From NCBI RefSeq assembly GCF_009914755.1, contig NC_060931.1: a DNA stretch of 64,000 bases. The stretch is one strand, 5' to 3'. The notes under the pieces were generated by a model. The model saw only the letters and a list, made by a program, of their open reading frames with translations, had not been told where the DNA came from and did no database searches. Positions 32,903 through 48,206 of this stretch are shown one piece after another. Within the stretch, counting starts at the first letter, position 1. Every line of letters starts with the position of its first letter. The translations under genes and the position numbers were made by a program. Origin of the DNA: the human T2T-CHM13v2.0 reference genome, Homo sapiens.

Positions 32903-35117
32903 TCACCCATTGCAAGGTTCATGGCTGTGGTCCCATAACAAAAGACATATTAACAAGAGAAAAGCATATATATTTTGTATATATTTTATGTGATATAGGA
33001 GCCTTCAGGAATGAAGACCCAGAGAAACAGGTAAATCTGTGTATTTTTATGGACAGTCATGCAGAACTATGATTGGAGGACAAAAGGGTATGATCTAATG
33101 ATAATAAACTAGGGGAACTTGGCAATGTCTGTTTTTTCAGATTCTTCTTCTTGTCCCTGTGTGACATTCCTTGCCCCCGGTATAGGGCAAGACACCTGTC
33201 ACATTACATTCTTCAAGGGAGAAGGGAGGGAGAAGGTTACACAGTAACCTAGGTCTTATGGCCTGTTTCAGGGAGGAATGTGAGGAGGGGAAGGTTCAAG
33301 TGGCCTCTTGCTTCTGCTGTTTCCTCAACTTCCAAGGTGCCATATTTTGGGGTAGCATGTCTTGAACTTTGTCAAAAGTGTACCTTAACACTTCAGAGCT
33401 CTGCTGCAAAGACTAGGAAACATAGTGGTTCCAGGTGGTTCCAGGTCGTTCCAGCTTAGCTAACTGCTAAGCTAATCAAGCAGAGATTTCGGAGGCTCCG
33501 TACCACAGGGAATATAGACTTTAGTGTAGAAGTCTCTAAACAAACAATCTCAACCACCTCCACAATAAAACAGCAGCAAGAAATATATTTGTAATTGGGT
33601 TCCAAAAAGTAGATGAGGGATGAAAAAATATTTGAAGAAATAATGCTGAAAAATTGCTGAATTGGGTGAAAACACTAAGTTCACAGATCCAAGGAGTTCA
33701 ATGAACCCAACCACAAGAAAAATGAAAACTACACCAAGTTGCAATCATAATCACATTGCTTAAAATCAGTGAATATGAGAAATTTTGAAAGTAGCCAGAG
33801 ACAAAGGGAACATTGCACAGAAAGGAATAAAAATAAAGACGACAGCAGATTTCTTATCAGGAATATTGTATGCTAGAAAACAAGGCAAAGACATCTTTTT
33901 AAAGTTCTTAAAAAATTGTTCATACTTAGATAGCATGTATATGCCATAGGCATCAGTTTATTAAAATAGAAAAGAACAATGTGTTACCACTTACCAGTGA
34001 GCTAACACAAAATTTAATGCCCATGTTGAAAGAAAAGTTTAGGGAAAAATTCTGAGTTATTGGATGTAGACAGAGAAGTCAGTCTGTTGCTATTTACATA
34101 AGGATGATATACCTAAGGGCAGAGAACTTAGAAGGACATGATGAAATAAAAATTAACTTTAATAGTGAAATCTTGAAAAAATAGGCTAAACGTCACTAAG
34201 AAATTATTTTTGCCAAGTTTTATCTTTACACATTTTTATTATAAAGGATTTTGAACATAGAACATATAGTATGACAACTTGGGTACCCACCATTTAGCTT
34301 TGTAAAATTTTAATTTTTTTCATGCTTGCTTTGTATTTTTCTATTTAAAGAAATATAATATTACAGACTTAGATTTCCACAGTGTTCACTCCCTAATATA
34401 AAATCGTTTTGTAGCCCTTCCCAGAAGTAATCACTCTTTTGAATTTGGTGCTTTTAGTTACCAAGCATTTTATATTCTTTTACAACATATTGTACTTGTT
34501 ATAAATGGTGTCAGATAAATATACTTTGTTGAATTTTTTTATTTTGAGATGTGTCTTTATTGATACATGAGCCATAGCCCACTTAGTTGTAATCTATATA
34601 GTTAGTACATGTATTCTATTGTATGAATAGTACAGAATTTGTAATCATTTTCTTGTTATGGACATTAAGATTGTTTATAATTCATCACCATCGCAAACCA
34701 TGCTGCAGTGAGTATCCTTGTGCACGTTTACATAGGCACATGAGCAAGTGTTTCTCTGTGTTGTGTGTCTCCATGTGAACTAGCCAGGTTTTAGGTTCGT
34801 ATATGTATCTTTACCGTTAGTGTCTGTTGTCACATTACTTATCACTGGGCCATACCCACCCTCACATGATTTACTAGTTCCTGTTTTTCCACATTCTCAC
34901 CCATACTCGGCCTCTCCAATGGATGTAAAATGGAATTCAGTGTTTTAATTTATATTGCCTATTACTAGTAAAGTAGGACCCTATGTCATGTGTTTATTAA
35001 CCATTAGATTTTCCTTTTCTGTGAATGATGTGTTTATATCTTAGCCCCATTTTTTTGTTTGATTTTTATTTCTCTTATTTATATGAATTTGAGAGCTGTC
35101 TCATAAAAAGAGGAAAA

Positions 35118-35550
<433 letters not shown>

Positions 35551-36166
35551 AAAAATACATTGTGAATAGCATTTTATTAGTATATTCTCTCAGTTTATAA
35601 CTTGTATTTTCACTTGGTATATGTTTCCTTATAATACAGGAGTTTTAAATTTTAATACTATCATAATGGTTAATGTTTGATTTCTTTTTGTTTTAAAAAT
35701 CTTCCTAAGACCATAAACATTTTCTTGTGTAATTTCATCTAAAGGTTTTAAGAGTTTGCTTTTCAGTTTGTCTTCAATACACTAATCCACTTGGAATTTA
35801 TTTTCTGTATGACGTGAGGTAGGGATATAATTTAATGTGTTTTTTTTCTTTTTTTAAATTTATTTTATTTTATGTAAGTAACCAATTCCTCTCCCCCAAA
35901 TTTTTTCCAAAATAATATTAAAATTTAAAATAGTTCTAAATTTGTAGGAAACCTGCAAAGATAGTACAGAGAATTCCTATATACTCCACACCCAGTTTCC
36001 TCAATTGTTAACATCTTATGTTAGAATAGTTTTAAAATAGACTGTAGTACATATTGCTCTACACATTGTAGAAGTGGTTTTTATTTTTACAACAAAACAT
36101 TAGGGAATTTTAGTTTAGGATTTTTATGTCTTAACACATATTTTATAGGTAGTTTAAATCAAAACA

Positions 36167-36291
36167 GGGTGATTGTGTCATAAACTTTGACACAAATATA
36201 AGTAAGCATTTTACCTAAAAAAGATTTGGGGTGACTGTGTTATAAATTTTGACACAAATATAAATAAGTGTTTTACCTGAAAAAGATTTGG
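36167..36291. repeat. 62-bp tandem duplication
   Basis: GGGTGA(T/C)TGTGT(C/T)ATAAA(C/T)TTTGACACAAATATAA...AAAAGATTTG twice. Confidence 0.92.
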
Positions 36292-36733
36292 AGAAGAATC
36301 TTAACTTGGCAAATGATGTTTTAGTCTGTTGCCTTTTTATTGCCAAAATATCTTGAATTTCCTTGCAACATTTACAGCTATAGAGTTTGTTGATTACTAA
36401 CTAAGGGGACTTTGTAGTCAGTTCTAAATTCTAGAATGGGGAAACAGGGAATAAAGGTTTTTCTTAAAACCTACTCCTAGTTTTGCTGCACTAGGCCAAG
36501 CACTCTTTTGTTTACTTTTATTCTTTTCTACTGCACTTCACTGATAAAATATGTATACTAAAATTTGGAGACTCAAAAGGGGGCATGTAGCACTCATATT
36601 TGAAATTTAGTCCAAGATCAGTGAAAATCACATCAAGGAAGATAGTGAACATAACTTATAAAGTAGTTGCTAGTTTAGACAAGAAGTCAGTGAAATTCAT
36701 GAAAATGCTATTTTGGTTCAGAAAAGAGAGTTT

Positions 36734-36860
36734 AGGTCGGGAGCAAGTGGCTCACACCTGTAATCCTAGCACTTTGGGAGGCTGAGGAGGGAGGATCTCT
36801 CCAGCCCTGGAGTTTGAGACCAGCCTGAGCAACATAGTGAGACACTGTCTCAAAAAATAA
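36734..36860 (+). mobile_element. FLAM/Alu monomer
   Basis: Left-arm monomer with A-rich tail. Confidence 0.85.
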
Positions 36861-37448
36861 GACAAGTAAATAAAAGATGGATTTTCTAAAAAAAAGAAAG
36901 AGAGAGAGAAAGCCAAAAGCATAAGGCTGACCCATTTTACTGAGTGTTCAAATTATGGTAATTTCATTCTGAGAAGCCACCTAACACACTTAGTGTAGTT
37001 GCGCTACGATTGTGAATCTGCCTTCTGTAATAGTTTCTCACTCTTTAAGACACAGAAATAAACATAATTTAGATATGGGTGTATAGCACTCAGATGTTTA
37101 CTTTTATCTCATGAGAATTGCTAACCCGTTTTAGATTTCTCTTTCTCTAATCAAATAGTCTCAATGTTTTATATAAAGATAAATACTTCAGTTTTAAGAA
37201 TTGTAGCTTACTAGAAGTATTAGTCTCTATAATTTTAAACTACAAATAAAGTAAATTTTCTTCATTCACAGTACTATGGAATCTCTAATATGGGTCAGTG
37301 TTTTTGCTGGGTCATGGGCGTAATGCTTGAAGAACTCCCTCTGATGGGGAAAAAGTGAAACATGATGAAATATTGATAGTAAAAGGATAGATGTCTACAT
37401 TTAACCTTGAAGGATAAGTAGTTTTTTGGATGGATAAGAAGAATCATG

Positions 37449-37782
<334 letters not shown>

Positions 37783-38749
37783 TCACTTTAAGTAGCTTGA
37801 GATCTTGAGATTTCTGGAGATACCAGTAAGAGTGTGTCAGAGAGAAGATGGGAAATAAGAATTTTAAAAAATAAAATCTTGCAAGATACACTATATTGTT
37901 TGAGCTTTATTCTGTGGCTTATAAGAAGCTCTTGGAGGGTTTAAAAATTGAAACCAAGAAAAAGAAATGTTGGCTCTTTAATCAGAGTAGAATCCTAATA
38001 AACAATTTGGTATGATTAGAGTGGTACTTGAGTAGTAGCTGAGAATTGGGATGTAATAGTCAATATAATTTATCAATGAGAAGAGCATTCATCACCTGGG
38101 AGAAGAGGAAAGAAACTCAAGCTTTTAAAGAAGGTGGAATATATTGGACCTCAACCTCTGATTTAAAATATATGGTGGTACCCTTATAGGAGACTCCATT
38201 TTTTTTTTAAAGGACCATGGTGTTCAGTATTATGTGCTTTCTAACATTGAATTTGGAAAGTTTCACTGAAGTTCATGGCACTGGGAAAACCACCATGCAA
38301 TCAGGGCAGTTTAAAGATAGTAGAGGAAAAATCACACCCGTGATTGCAAATGCTTGTGTTAACTGAATATTGTTTTGGAAGTTGGAAGTTCGAGAAGCCT
38401 ATTGAACAATATTTTTTTTCTCTGACTAATTCTGAACTACTTGAGAGGTAAGACAAAAGTTAGAGCTGTAGAGATCAAAGTATCCAGTTAAATACTAGGT
38501 AGGAGGTTGTTACACAGGCCCAGTTTCTTGTACCTAAGGGACCAGCCAGACAAGTAAATCACTTTTGCCTGGGGTGATGTGAGTAAGTGGGAGGACCTGG
38601 AGGCATACACTAATGGATATCTCTTCCCTTGAAAAATAAAGCTGGGAAAAGGTGATTGCTTGTCTTTTAGTCAGTATTTACTGCTGAGACTGGAAAACAT
38701 TAATGCAGTGATAATTTGCTACTCTCAAATAGCAGGTTTATTGTAGGTA

Positions 38750-38900
38750 CAGTTTTGGAATTTCAAAGCTGAACGTGATCTTGGAGATCATTTACTTAAC
38801 TCCCCTCGTTTTTACAGATGAGGAAGATGTGGGCCTAAAAAGGTCAACTTACTTAAGATAACACAAGTGGAAGAGCAGATCTTCTGAGTCACCATGCCAA
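38750..38900 (-). mobile_element. MIR
   Basis: cttggagatcatt...ctcgtttttacagatgaggaagatgtgggcc. Confidence 0.65.
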
Positions 38901-40361
38901 CGTCTATTTATAAGTAGGAATGCTAATGCATTGCTTTTTCAATAGAAAATTAAGTGAAATTTCTCATTTCTATTTTCTTATATAGAAAACCAAAATATGA
39001 GAATCTTAAACACAATAAAGCAAATTAGTACTCCAGCTACTTTACAATGACTACTACCACTTTTACACATTTCTTTTCAAATGCTTTTTAATGCATACAA
39101 TTTATATGTGAGGTGTAACTGCAGCATCCAAATTGGAATACAAGAGGGCTCCATCTCTTTCATGTGAAAGGACTCATTTTGCTGCTTGTCTTTTTTATAG
39201 AGAACCATTCTGAAAGAATACAAGGTAGATATATCAAGAATACTCTGTATCTGGAATTTTTTTCTAACATAAGCTTTGAATAGCTGTGTGAATGTGTACT
39301 TCTTTCCTTGAATCTAAAATAAGATTAGACCAGATATGGCAAATACGTTTCTTTTGTCCTTCCCTTAAATTGATCTCATAGTTAACTGCTTTGGAGATTC
39401 TGGGAAGATGGCTGCACTTGCCTCACATTCTTCACCTGGATAATCCACCACAGGGAGCGGAGTCCCATGCCTTGTGGTTCTTTTCATCCCTACTTAGGTA
39501 ATTGCTCAGCTCCCATTGGGTTATAACATTCTGCAACTGTATATTTTAGAAGCTCGTTTTTTTTTTTCTGAATTAAACTAACTTATAATATTACTGAGTT
39601 TTACATAAAGTTTTATTCTTTAGACTAATCAATATGCTAGAACCATCTATAGATGTAACTCAGGGAACTAGTTCTTCTGTTGTCATATGACAGATTATTC
39701 CACACAAACACACATACTAAAAAAGCCATTGTGAACTAAGCTCAGGAAATTTCAACTGAAGCATGGTATTATTATTATTATGTTTCTCAGCATGAGCAGT
39801 AGTTTTCCAGACCCTCAGCCAAATGTCTGAAAGAAGATAAAGTACAGTGGACTTTCCTATAACATAGTCTGAGAATTAAAATCAAAGTGTCCCAGTAACT
39901 AAGCTGTCTTAAATGGGAAGTGAGATCTTAGATTCCCTTTGTTATTAAGGATCAAGTCTTTGGTGGTTTTTAGTATTTAAGGTCAACACTCACTAATCCT
40001 TTTTTTGAGGGGTGAATGACAGCTTAACTGCAAAGCATAGTTTCAGTTTACTGCCTGGCAAATACAAGCTTATTAAAAAAAAACGCCTGATTTTATTTTG
40101 CATTTGAAATTTATAGAATACAAGGTCTTTTTGTATCATAGTCTCATCATTGTAAACATCAGTTATCACTAAGTAAATGAACACTGGAAGTGCTATTAAC
40201 ATATATTTTAAGTTAATATATAGACAAATTTGCTTTTATAGTGTATGGAAAGACTTATGCCCATTGATCATTCATGGTTTTGTAATGAGCGTTTTTAAGA
40301 TAACATTTACCAAAGCTCTATATTTTAATAATCCAGAAAACTATAAAGAAAATAAAAAATC

Positions 40362-40662
40362 AGCCAGGCACGATGGCTCAAGCCTGTAATCTCAGCACTT
40401 TGGAGGCCAAGGTAGGCAGATCACCTGAGGTCTGGAGTTTCTGACCAGCCTGGTCAACATAGTGAAACACCATCTCTACTAAAAATGCACAAATTAGCCA
40501 GGTGTGGTGGTGTGCACATATAATCCCAGCTACTTGGGAGGCTAAGGCAGGAGACTCGCTTGAACCCAGGAGCCAGAGGTTACAGTAAGCTGAGATCACC
40601 CCACTGTACTCCAGCCTCGGCAACAGAGTGAGACTCCATCTCAAAAAAAGAAAAAGAAAAAA
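40362..40662 (+). mobile_element. AluS element
   Basis: Alu dimer; TSD AAAAAATCA. Confidence 0.95.
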
Positions 40663-41172
40663 ATCATTCATAATCTTAGCATCCAGAAATTATGATGTCT
40701 ATATGTATTTACATAATTGGGATCATGTATGTACATACTGATGTAGTTTTATAATCTTTTCACATACCAAATATTTGAATATTTTCTGTGTCACTGAATA
40801 ACCTTATAGAGCATGATTTTTAGGATACATCTATAAGAATCAGTATATTCCATCATATCAATGTACCACTTCTTTAACCCTTCCTTTTTGACATTTAGAT
40901 GGCTTCCAAGTTTTTCCTCTTTTAAATTTTTATTTTCTTCTTTAAGTTCTGTTGGACTTGATTTTTTTTACTTTTTAAAGTAATGTTGTGATTAATGTCA
41001 GTGTGCAGAAATATTTCTGTATATCTGTGATTTCATTAAACTGTTAGAATCTGTTAGGTCAGCTTATACTAAAGTTTTCAATATTTTTGTCCCCCAGAAA
41101 GTTATGCCTGTTAAAATTTTATTCACAGTGTATTAGAGTGAGTTGGTCTGTCTCTTTGCCTTGTTTTAACTC

Positions 41173-41478
41173 TTTTTTTTTTTTTTTTTTTTTTTTGAGA
41201 CAGAGTCTTGCTCTGTCACCCAGGCTGGAGTGCAGTGGCACAATCTCACCTCACCGCAACCTCTGCCTACAGAGTTCAAGTGATTCCTCTGCCTCAGTCT
41301 CCCAAGTAGCTGGGATTATAAGCACATGACACCACGCCCAGCTAATTTTTGTATTTTTAGTAGAGATGGGGTTTTGCTATGTTGGCTAGGCTGGTCTTGA
41401 ACTCCTGACCTCAAGTGATCTGCCCGTCTTGGCCTCCCAAAGTGCTGGGATTACAGGCGTGAGCCACCATGACCAGCC
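41173..41478 (-). mobile_element. AluS element
   Basis: Antisense Alu dimer. Confidence 0.95.
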
Positions 41479-44302
41479 TTAAATCTTTGTAGATGAAAAA
41501 TTACTTATGTAATTTAATTTGCATTTCTTTAGTTACTAGTAAGTTTGAATCTCTACCCCCTTCAATTTATGGCCCTTTGCAGTTGTGGGGGCAGGGCATG
41601 TGTTGTTTATTCTATGTAGGGGTGCTTATTTTAGTTTTGGCATTTGGTGCGTTAATAATGCTTTTTTTTTTTTTTCAAACTAAAGCTGTGTGGCAAGGAG
41701 AGAAAAGCATGGTTTTTTAATTCATGGACTTGTATTTCGTTGTCACTTATGTATTTCCTGTGTGTCTTTGGGCCAACTGTCTGTCATCTGTGAGCCTGAA
41801 GTTGACTGACCTGCCAAAAAAGATGATTATGAGATTTAAATGAGACACCTATCCCAGAAGAATCACTCGATGGTAGCTGCACTTCTCCTTTTCCTCACCT
41901 CCTCATTATCACCTACCTGTTATTTCTCTCTTTAGGCATTTTTGAACAGAATTGAAGGAAAACGCCATTCAAGTCTGCTATTTGCCTGTAAACAGAGTGG
42001 ATACAATCTCACTGACCACCCAATAGTCACTGTTAAAATCTTTTCAATTCTTATGATGACAGCTGATGGATATACTTTTACATTATATTTAGTGAGAAAG
42101 GAGTGGAAAGAGAGCCAGCACTGGAACAGGCACAGCCATCAGAGGAGCAGCTTTTTCTTGTCTGTATCTTATACTACACGCTTTTTTTTTTTTTTTGATT
42201 AAAGACTAGTTCTCTGTGTTGCATTTTTATGCCAACTTTAGCTGCTGCCAGAATCTTGGATGCCCTAAATACCAGTGCTTACAGTGGAAGCCAGCAGGGT
42301 GGACCAGACAGTGAAAAAGATTCCTTTGCTCATGTTGTCAGCTTATCTGAAATCTTGAACAGCTGTTTGAATGAATGAATGAAGTACATATTAAAGGGAG
42401 TTACAGAACTTCCAAAAGAACTGCTTTTATCAGGCAGACTCCCTGTAAGCACCTGTTGAGTAGATCCTCTGTCAGGCACAATGCCAAATTTTGGAGATAC
42501 AGTGGAAGTAAGACACTAGTCCTGTGCTGAAGATGGCAGATTTAAACAAGAAAATAGCATTAACAAATGAAATGCGGCATATAAGTACGAAAGGACTACA
42601 GGTGTTCTAGACAAGAGGATAGTCATCTAATATTGGAGGATATTGTCATAGGAAAGTTCCAAGATATTCAAGAAATTGAGACCTATAATTTGGAAGAGGT
42701 TTTGGTTTCTTCCAAAGTGAGAGAGTGAGGCTTAATTCTCTCCTGTATTAAACTGTGTTGCTATAATTGCTTTGTCTATGTCAGGGTGACTTGTAAGAAG
42801 CAAATGGACATTTGAGTGCAACTACACTTTTGTTTAAGACATATGGCATATGTATTTACCTTCCCGATATCAATATGGCAGGTGGAGATGACATGCCATG
42901 CCAACAGGTTTTGGTAGACTTGAGTTCTTATACATGGGATGATGTTTTGTTTTATTTTGTTTTGTTTTTTTGGCTCGGGAGAGGACAGGCACCAACAGAT
43001 AGACTTTCTCAGGATAGACCACCATGACTAGAATGCAAAACTGTAAAAGTGACTGCTATATTTTAATCAGCAAATCTGCCACAGTTGTGGGACATTAAAG
43101 CCCTAATTGACCCTACATCACCTAAAGATAGGTGCTGCACTCAAGGCTGCAAAGGGAGCCAACCACTTTTATATATTTACATATTTAAATCCATTCTCCA
43201 GCAACAATTGAAATACTTGTAAGCATTTTAATTCTTCCTGCCGGCTCTGTATTTCAACCTGAGGACCCAAATAATACAATTTCATCCACAACAGTAAAGC
43301 TAATTACACTTGACTGTAGCATTTCTAATACAATTTTATTTTAGCATTTCAAAATACATTTGAAAAGTAAATTATGAGTTCTTCCAAACTAGATTCTCTA
43401 CTTAGTCACATTAAAATGATCAAAAAATGGAAACATTATAAAATTTTTTGCCAGGAAAAACCTACCCATCAAAAGGAGAGAAGTCTTTTTTTATATTGTC
43501 TACCATATGATACAAAAATTAATTTTGGTAATATTAACAAATGTTCCTTTTTTGGTAATACTTGATTCCTGACATAAACATTACATCTATGTTATTAAGT
43601 CATGTCTTCTAGAATACAGCCTGAACTATGCATAAGACTTCTTTGTTTTGAAGTTATAAATTTTATTATTATCCTTTTGTGAGTTTTTGCCTCTCACAGG
43701 TCACTTTTCTTTTGTTCAGAAGTGGTTCTGATTTAAGGCACCAACCTTAAATGTTTCACTGACAATTATTAAAGACACATTGCTTCTAAAACATTGTACT
43801 GTGAACATTAAGTGATAGAAAGATAAGACTCTGCCTCACTCCAAAGCGGCTGATTTATTTGAATAAAAACTGTAGTCACAGATAAATACAATATATAGCA
43901 TAATGTAATAAATCTATAGGAGAGACCAACAAATATGAAAGAAAGCTTAGCAAACATATAACAAAATAGTAACAATTTTTGGATGATAGGATGAGTGAAA
44001 GGAAGAGTAGTGCTAAGTGAAGGCTGGCCATGTATGCTGGAGCCAGATCTTAGAAGACTTTGGATGTCTTTCTGCATGTTTGAACTATATTCTCCAGGTA
44101 ATATGGAGAAACTTAGGAGGACTTTTTATGCCCTTCTCCATCTCCATTAGAAAGTAATACTTGCTCATTATACAGAATTCGGAAAGTACAAAAAAGTATA
44201 CAAAAGAAATGTAAAATCATTCGTAAATTCATTCTCTCTCCTCTGTCACTCTACTCCATCCCGTCTTCCAGTGCTGTTTCCTGACCCACAGTGATGTGAT
44301 TA

Positions 44303-44872
<570 letters not shown>

Positions 44873-46871
44873 TTACAGAAGACAGAATGGGAGACACTAT
44901 AATTTTGCTTTGGGGTACTTTAAATCTGAGGTGCTATCAAGTCACCTAACTGGTCCAGAAGTATGAACTGTCCATACAGAATCAGGAACCCAGGTAGGAG
45001 GTACAGATGATTGCTGCATTTGATTTTTTGCTTACAGAGCATTCACCTATTTATTTTAATAAAGAAATTACCAGTTTTTCTAGTGTGTTCTTTTATGTGG
45101 ATGGTTTCTGAGGCTGTGGTGACAACTGATTTAAGAAGCCTATTTACAAAACCATCAGTTCTATTAAAAGATACATGAGGTCAAAGTTAGTGTGATTCAA
45201 GGTCAGTGATCCCCAGATTTGACCATTAATCCTATACTAACGGAAGTGATGGCAGCTTTTACTTCAAAAACACTAAGAATAATGAGATAACACTGTCCTC
45301 GACATGTTTTAACAAAGATAGTTGATTATCTTGTTTCCTGTAAAGGATTTCCACCCTCTGAGTTTTTCCAATAAGTAAGGGGAACATGAGACAGATACCA
45401 TTTGTAGATTTAGCTGTATATTGACATTTTCAGTCATGATCCAGAATTGGTCAATTACATATGACTGCAGTTCCTGGAGAAGTCTAAATGGAAGGGACAA
45501 TCTGTAAGGAAATGGAGTCTTTCCTGCTTTTTCAGGGTAACATGATTATTTTTTAACATGGATCACAGCTGCCCAGAATGCAGTAAAGATTTTTTGTGAG
45601 TCTAATCTTAGGTTTACAAGCTCAGCCTTGTACCACAGCATCAGTGTCCTCATGTATATATGCATTCCCTAACAATTAGTTGTTTGTGCTTCAATCTTGT
45701 TTTGAAGGTTTTTTTTTCCCACCATGTGATGTCTGGCCTCAGCTTGAAGAGTTTAAAAATTAAGCATATTTTACTCCTGACCTTTACAGAAATTAAAATT
45801 TTTGGTTGTACTGTGTAGGTCTCAGTGCTAGAAATGCTTGCTAAAACAGTTTTTTTAAACCTCTATCAGCATTTGAAGCAGTTTGAGATTGTAGAAAATT
45901 GTGCAACCTTTGTTTTATTATTTGACTCTTACAGATAGTGCTAAACCTCAAGTATGAATTCTCTTTATATGAGACCAGAACACTGTGGAAATACAGGATT
46001 TTAGATAGGCCTTTACAATGCATATATTTTACATAATTTCACCCTAAAAATGTAACATGTATTTGGCAAAGGAAGGGCTTTTGTTGCTGTCATTCTCCCT
46101 CATGTGTTCCTCTTGTGCCTGACTGACTCTGCAGGGGGAACTTTAGTTCTCAGGACCTTGGTTTGCTCATGGCCTTCTGAGATTGATGCTGCCTTTCCTC
46201 TTTTTGCTCTTGTTGCAAGGACAGTGCAATCATATTCTTGCCTTCCTTCTTCTGTTGCACAAATGACTGGCCCCCCTCACCAGGATCACTTGGAGAAAAA
46301 TCTCTTAGTATTCTGAGAGGGCCTAGACTCCCACTGAGTCCTCCAAAAGGACTGAAGATAGAGGTTTCCTAGAGCTTCTGGCTCCTCTCTTTCTTTTTAG
46401 TGCTGGTTCTCTCTAATCTTCTTTGTAAACTCCCATTCTCTGAAAGACAAATGCTTTTAGGGACTCTGCATGGCATGTGGATTTTACTCACAAAAACTGT
46501 GTCCCAGAGCTCCCCTACCTATTTTTCTACCATCTCTTCCTGTTCATTCACTGCTGTATGTAGCCTTGGCCATGTTGGCTTACTTCCTGTCCTGTTATTG
46601 GGTTCTTCTGTCTTACTCCTACCTTGCACATGCTACTCTTCTTCTCAGAATGCCTTCCACACATACTACCCCCAACCCGCCTTATGTTTGCTCACGCTAA
46701 CCATTGCAGGCTGAAGTCTTTGCTTTCGGGGTCACTTGGGAAATCCTTTCTTGCTCACCTCTCTTCCCAGGTAGGTTTAGATGTCTCTACTGTGTGCTCC
46801 CATAGCATGGCCCACATCCCTTTATTACGGCCCTTATGTTGGTTACAATGACAGGTCTGAGATTAATAAAG

Positions 46872-47160
46872 TTTTTATTTTTTTCCTTTTTTTTCCTGTC
46901 ACCCAGTCTGGAGTGCAGTGGTGCGATCTTGTCTTACTGCAACCGCCTCCCAGATTCAAGCGATTCTCCTGCCTCACCCTCCTGAGTAGCTGGGATTACA
47001 GGCACCTGCCACTACGCCCAGCTAATTTTTTTGTATTTTTAGTAGAGAAGGGGTTTCACCATGTTGGCCAGGCTGGTCCTGAACTCCTGATCTCAGGTGA
47101 TGCGCCCACCTTGGCCTCCCAAATTGCTGTGATTACAGGTGTGAGCCACCGTGTCTAGCC
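46872..47160 (-). mobile_element. AluS element
   Basis: Antisense Alu dimer. Confidence 0.93.
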
Positions 47161-47652
47161 TCATAAGGTATTTTCAATACTGAGCATAGTGCCAACCAGT
47201 GAGCTGGTGCTTAATAAGGATTTGAAGTAAGAATCAATGGCTCAAAAGAGAGAGAAAGTATGAAGTGTAATTTCTGTATCTGCAGTCAGCATTCACAGGC
47301 TCAGTAGTTTGAGAAACCTGTATTTCCTGCTTTGACTTTTTCACTATTTCTTAAGTGCTACTGTTCTTTTAGTCTCTAAATCAAAACCATTTCACATCGA
47401 GATATGATACATACATATGTGTATACGTATGTGTATATTTGAAACCAAAAGTTTTGAAGTACAATATGTCCTCTTACTACTTATAATGAATGCTGATGTT
47501 TTTCTATTCTATCCTTTTTAATTTTACTTTTCTCAATGCTCTTCATGACCTATTAGATTGATTCACAACCTCCTTAGGTCACAGTCAGCACTTTGAAAAC
47601 TACTGCTCTAAATTACTGTACCTTTTCTATGAGGAAGAGTTGAACTGTTGGT

Positions 47653-48061
47653 GTATCAGTCAGGGTCAACCAAAGAAGCACCGCCAGTAGAAGATAACAT
47701 TTTAAGAGATTTACCACCAGGAATTGGTTTATGCATATGTTGAGTCTGGCTATGAAGGTCTGAAATCTGTAGGGCAGGCAGTGAAGATGGGAGGCTGGAA
47801 GCCTCAAGCATAAGTTGAAGCTGCTGTCACAGGCAGAATTTCTTTTATCGTCAGGAAACTTCAGCTCTGCTCTTCAGGCCTTTCAACTGATTCAGTGAGG
47901 CCCACCCAGATTATTTAGGATAATTTCCCTTACTTAAAGTCAACTGATTTTGAACTTTAATCGCATCTACAGAATACCTTCAAAGTGACACTTGGATTGA
48001 TGTTTGATTAAATAACTGGGAATTGTAGCCTAGTCATGTTGACATATGGAAGGATCACCAT
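47653..48061 (-). mobile_element. ERVL solo LTR (MLT2-type)
   Basis: tgtatcagtcagggtc...ctctgctcttcaggcctttcaactgattcagtgaggcccacccagatt...agcctagtcatgttgacat is antisense MLT2. Confidence 0.8.
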
Positions 48062-48206
48062 AGCTTTGTGCAGTGGCAGTATCACAGCAAATGAGGTTTA
48101 TCCTAGGCGTGATTATAGCTAATTGAAGACTTTTCCCAATATCCCGCTGTGAGGACTTACAATACAGTCGGCATTAACATTTTTTGGCAGTCTTTATGGA
48201 GACTGA
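48062..48206 (+). pseudogene. RNU4-16P: Full-length processed U4 snRNA pseudogene with A-rich tail (48206-48247)
   Basis: AGCTTTGTGCAGTGGCAGTATC...GGAGACTGA aligns end to end with U4; poly(A)-derived tail; degenerate TSD AAGGATCACCAT/AAAGACCATCAT. U4 identity is secure; the specific pseudogene number is from memory of the locus and should be verified. Confidence 0.93.
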
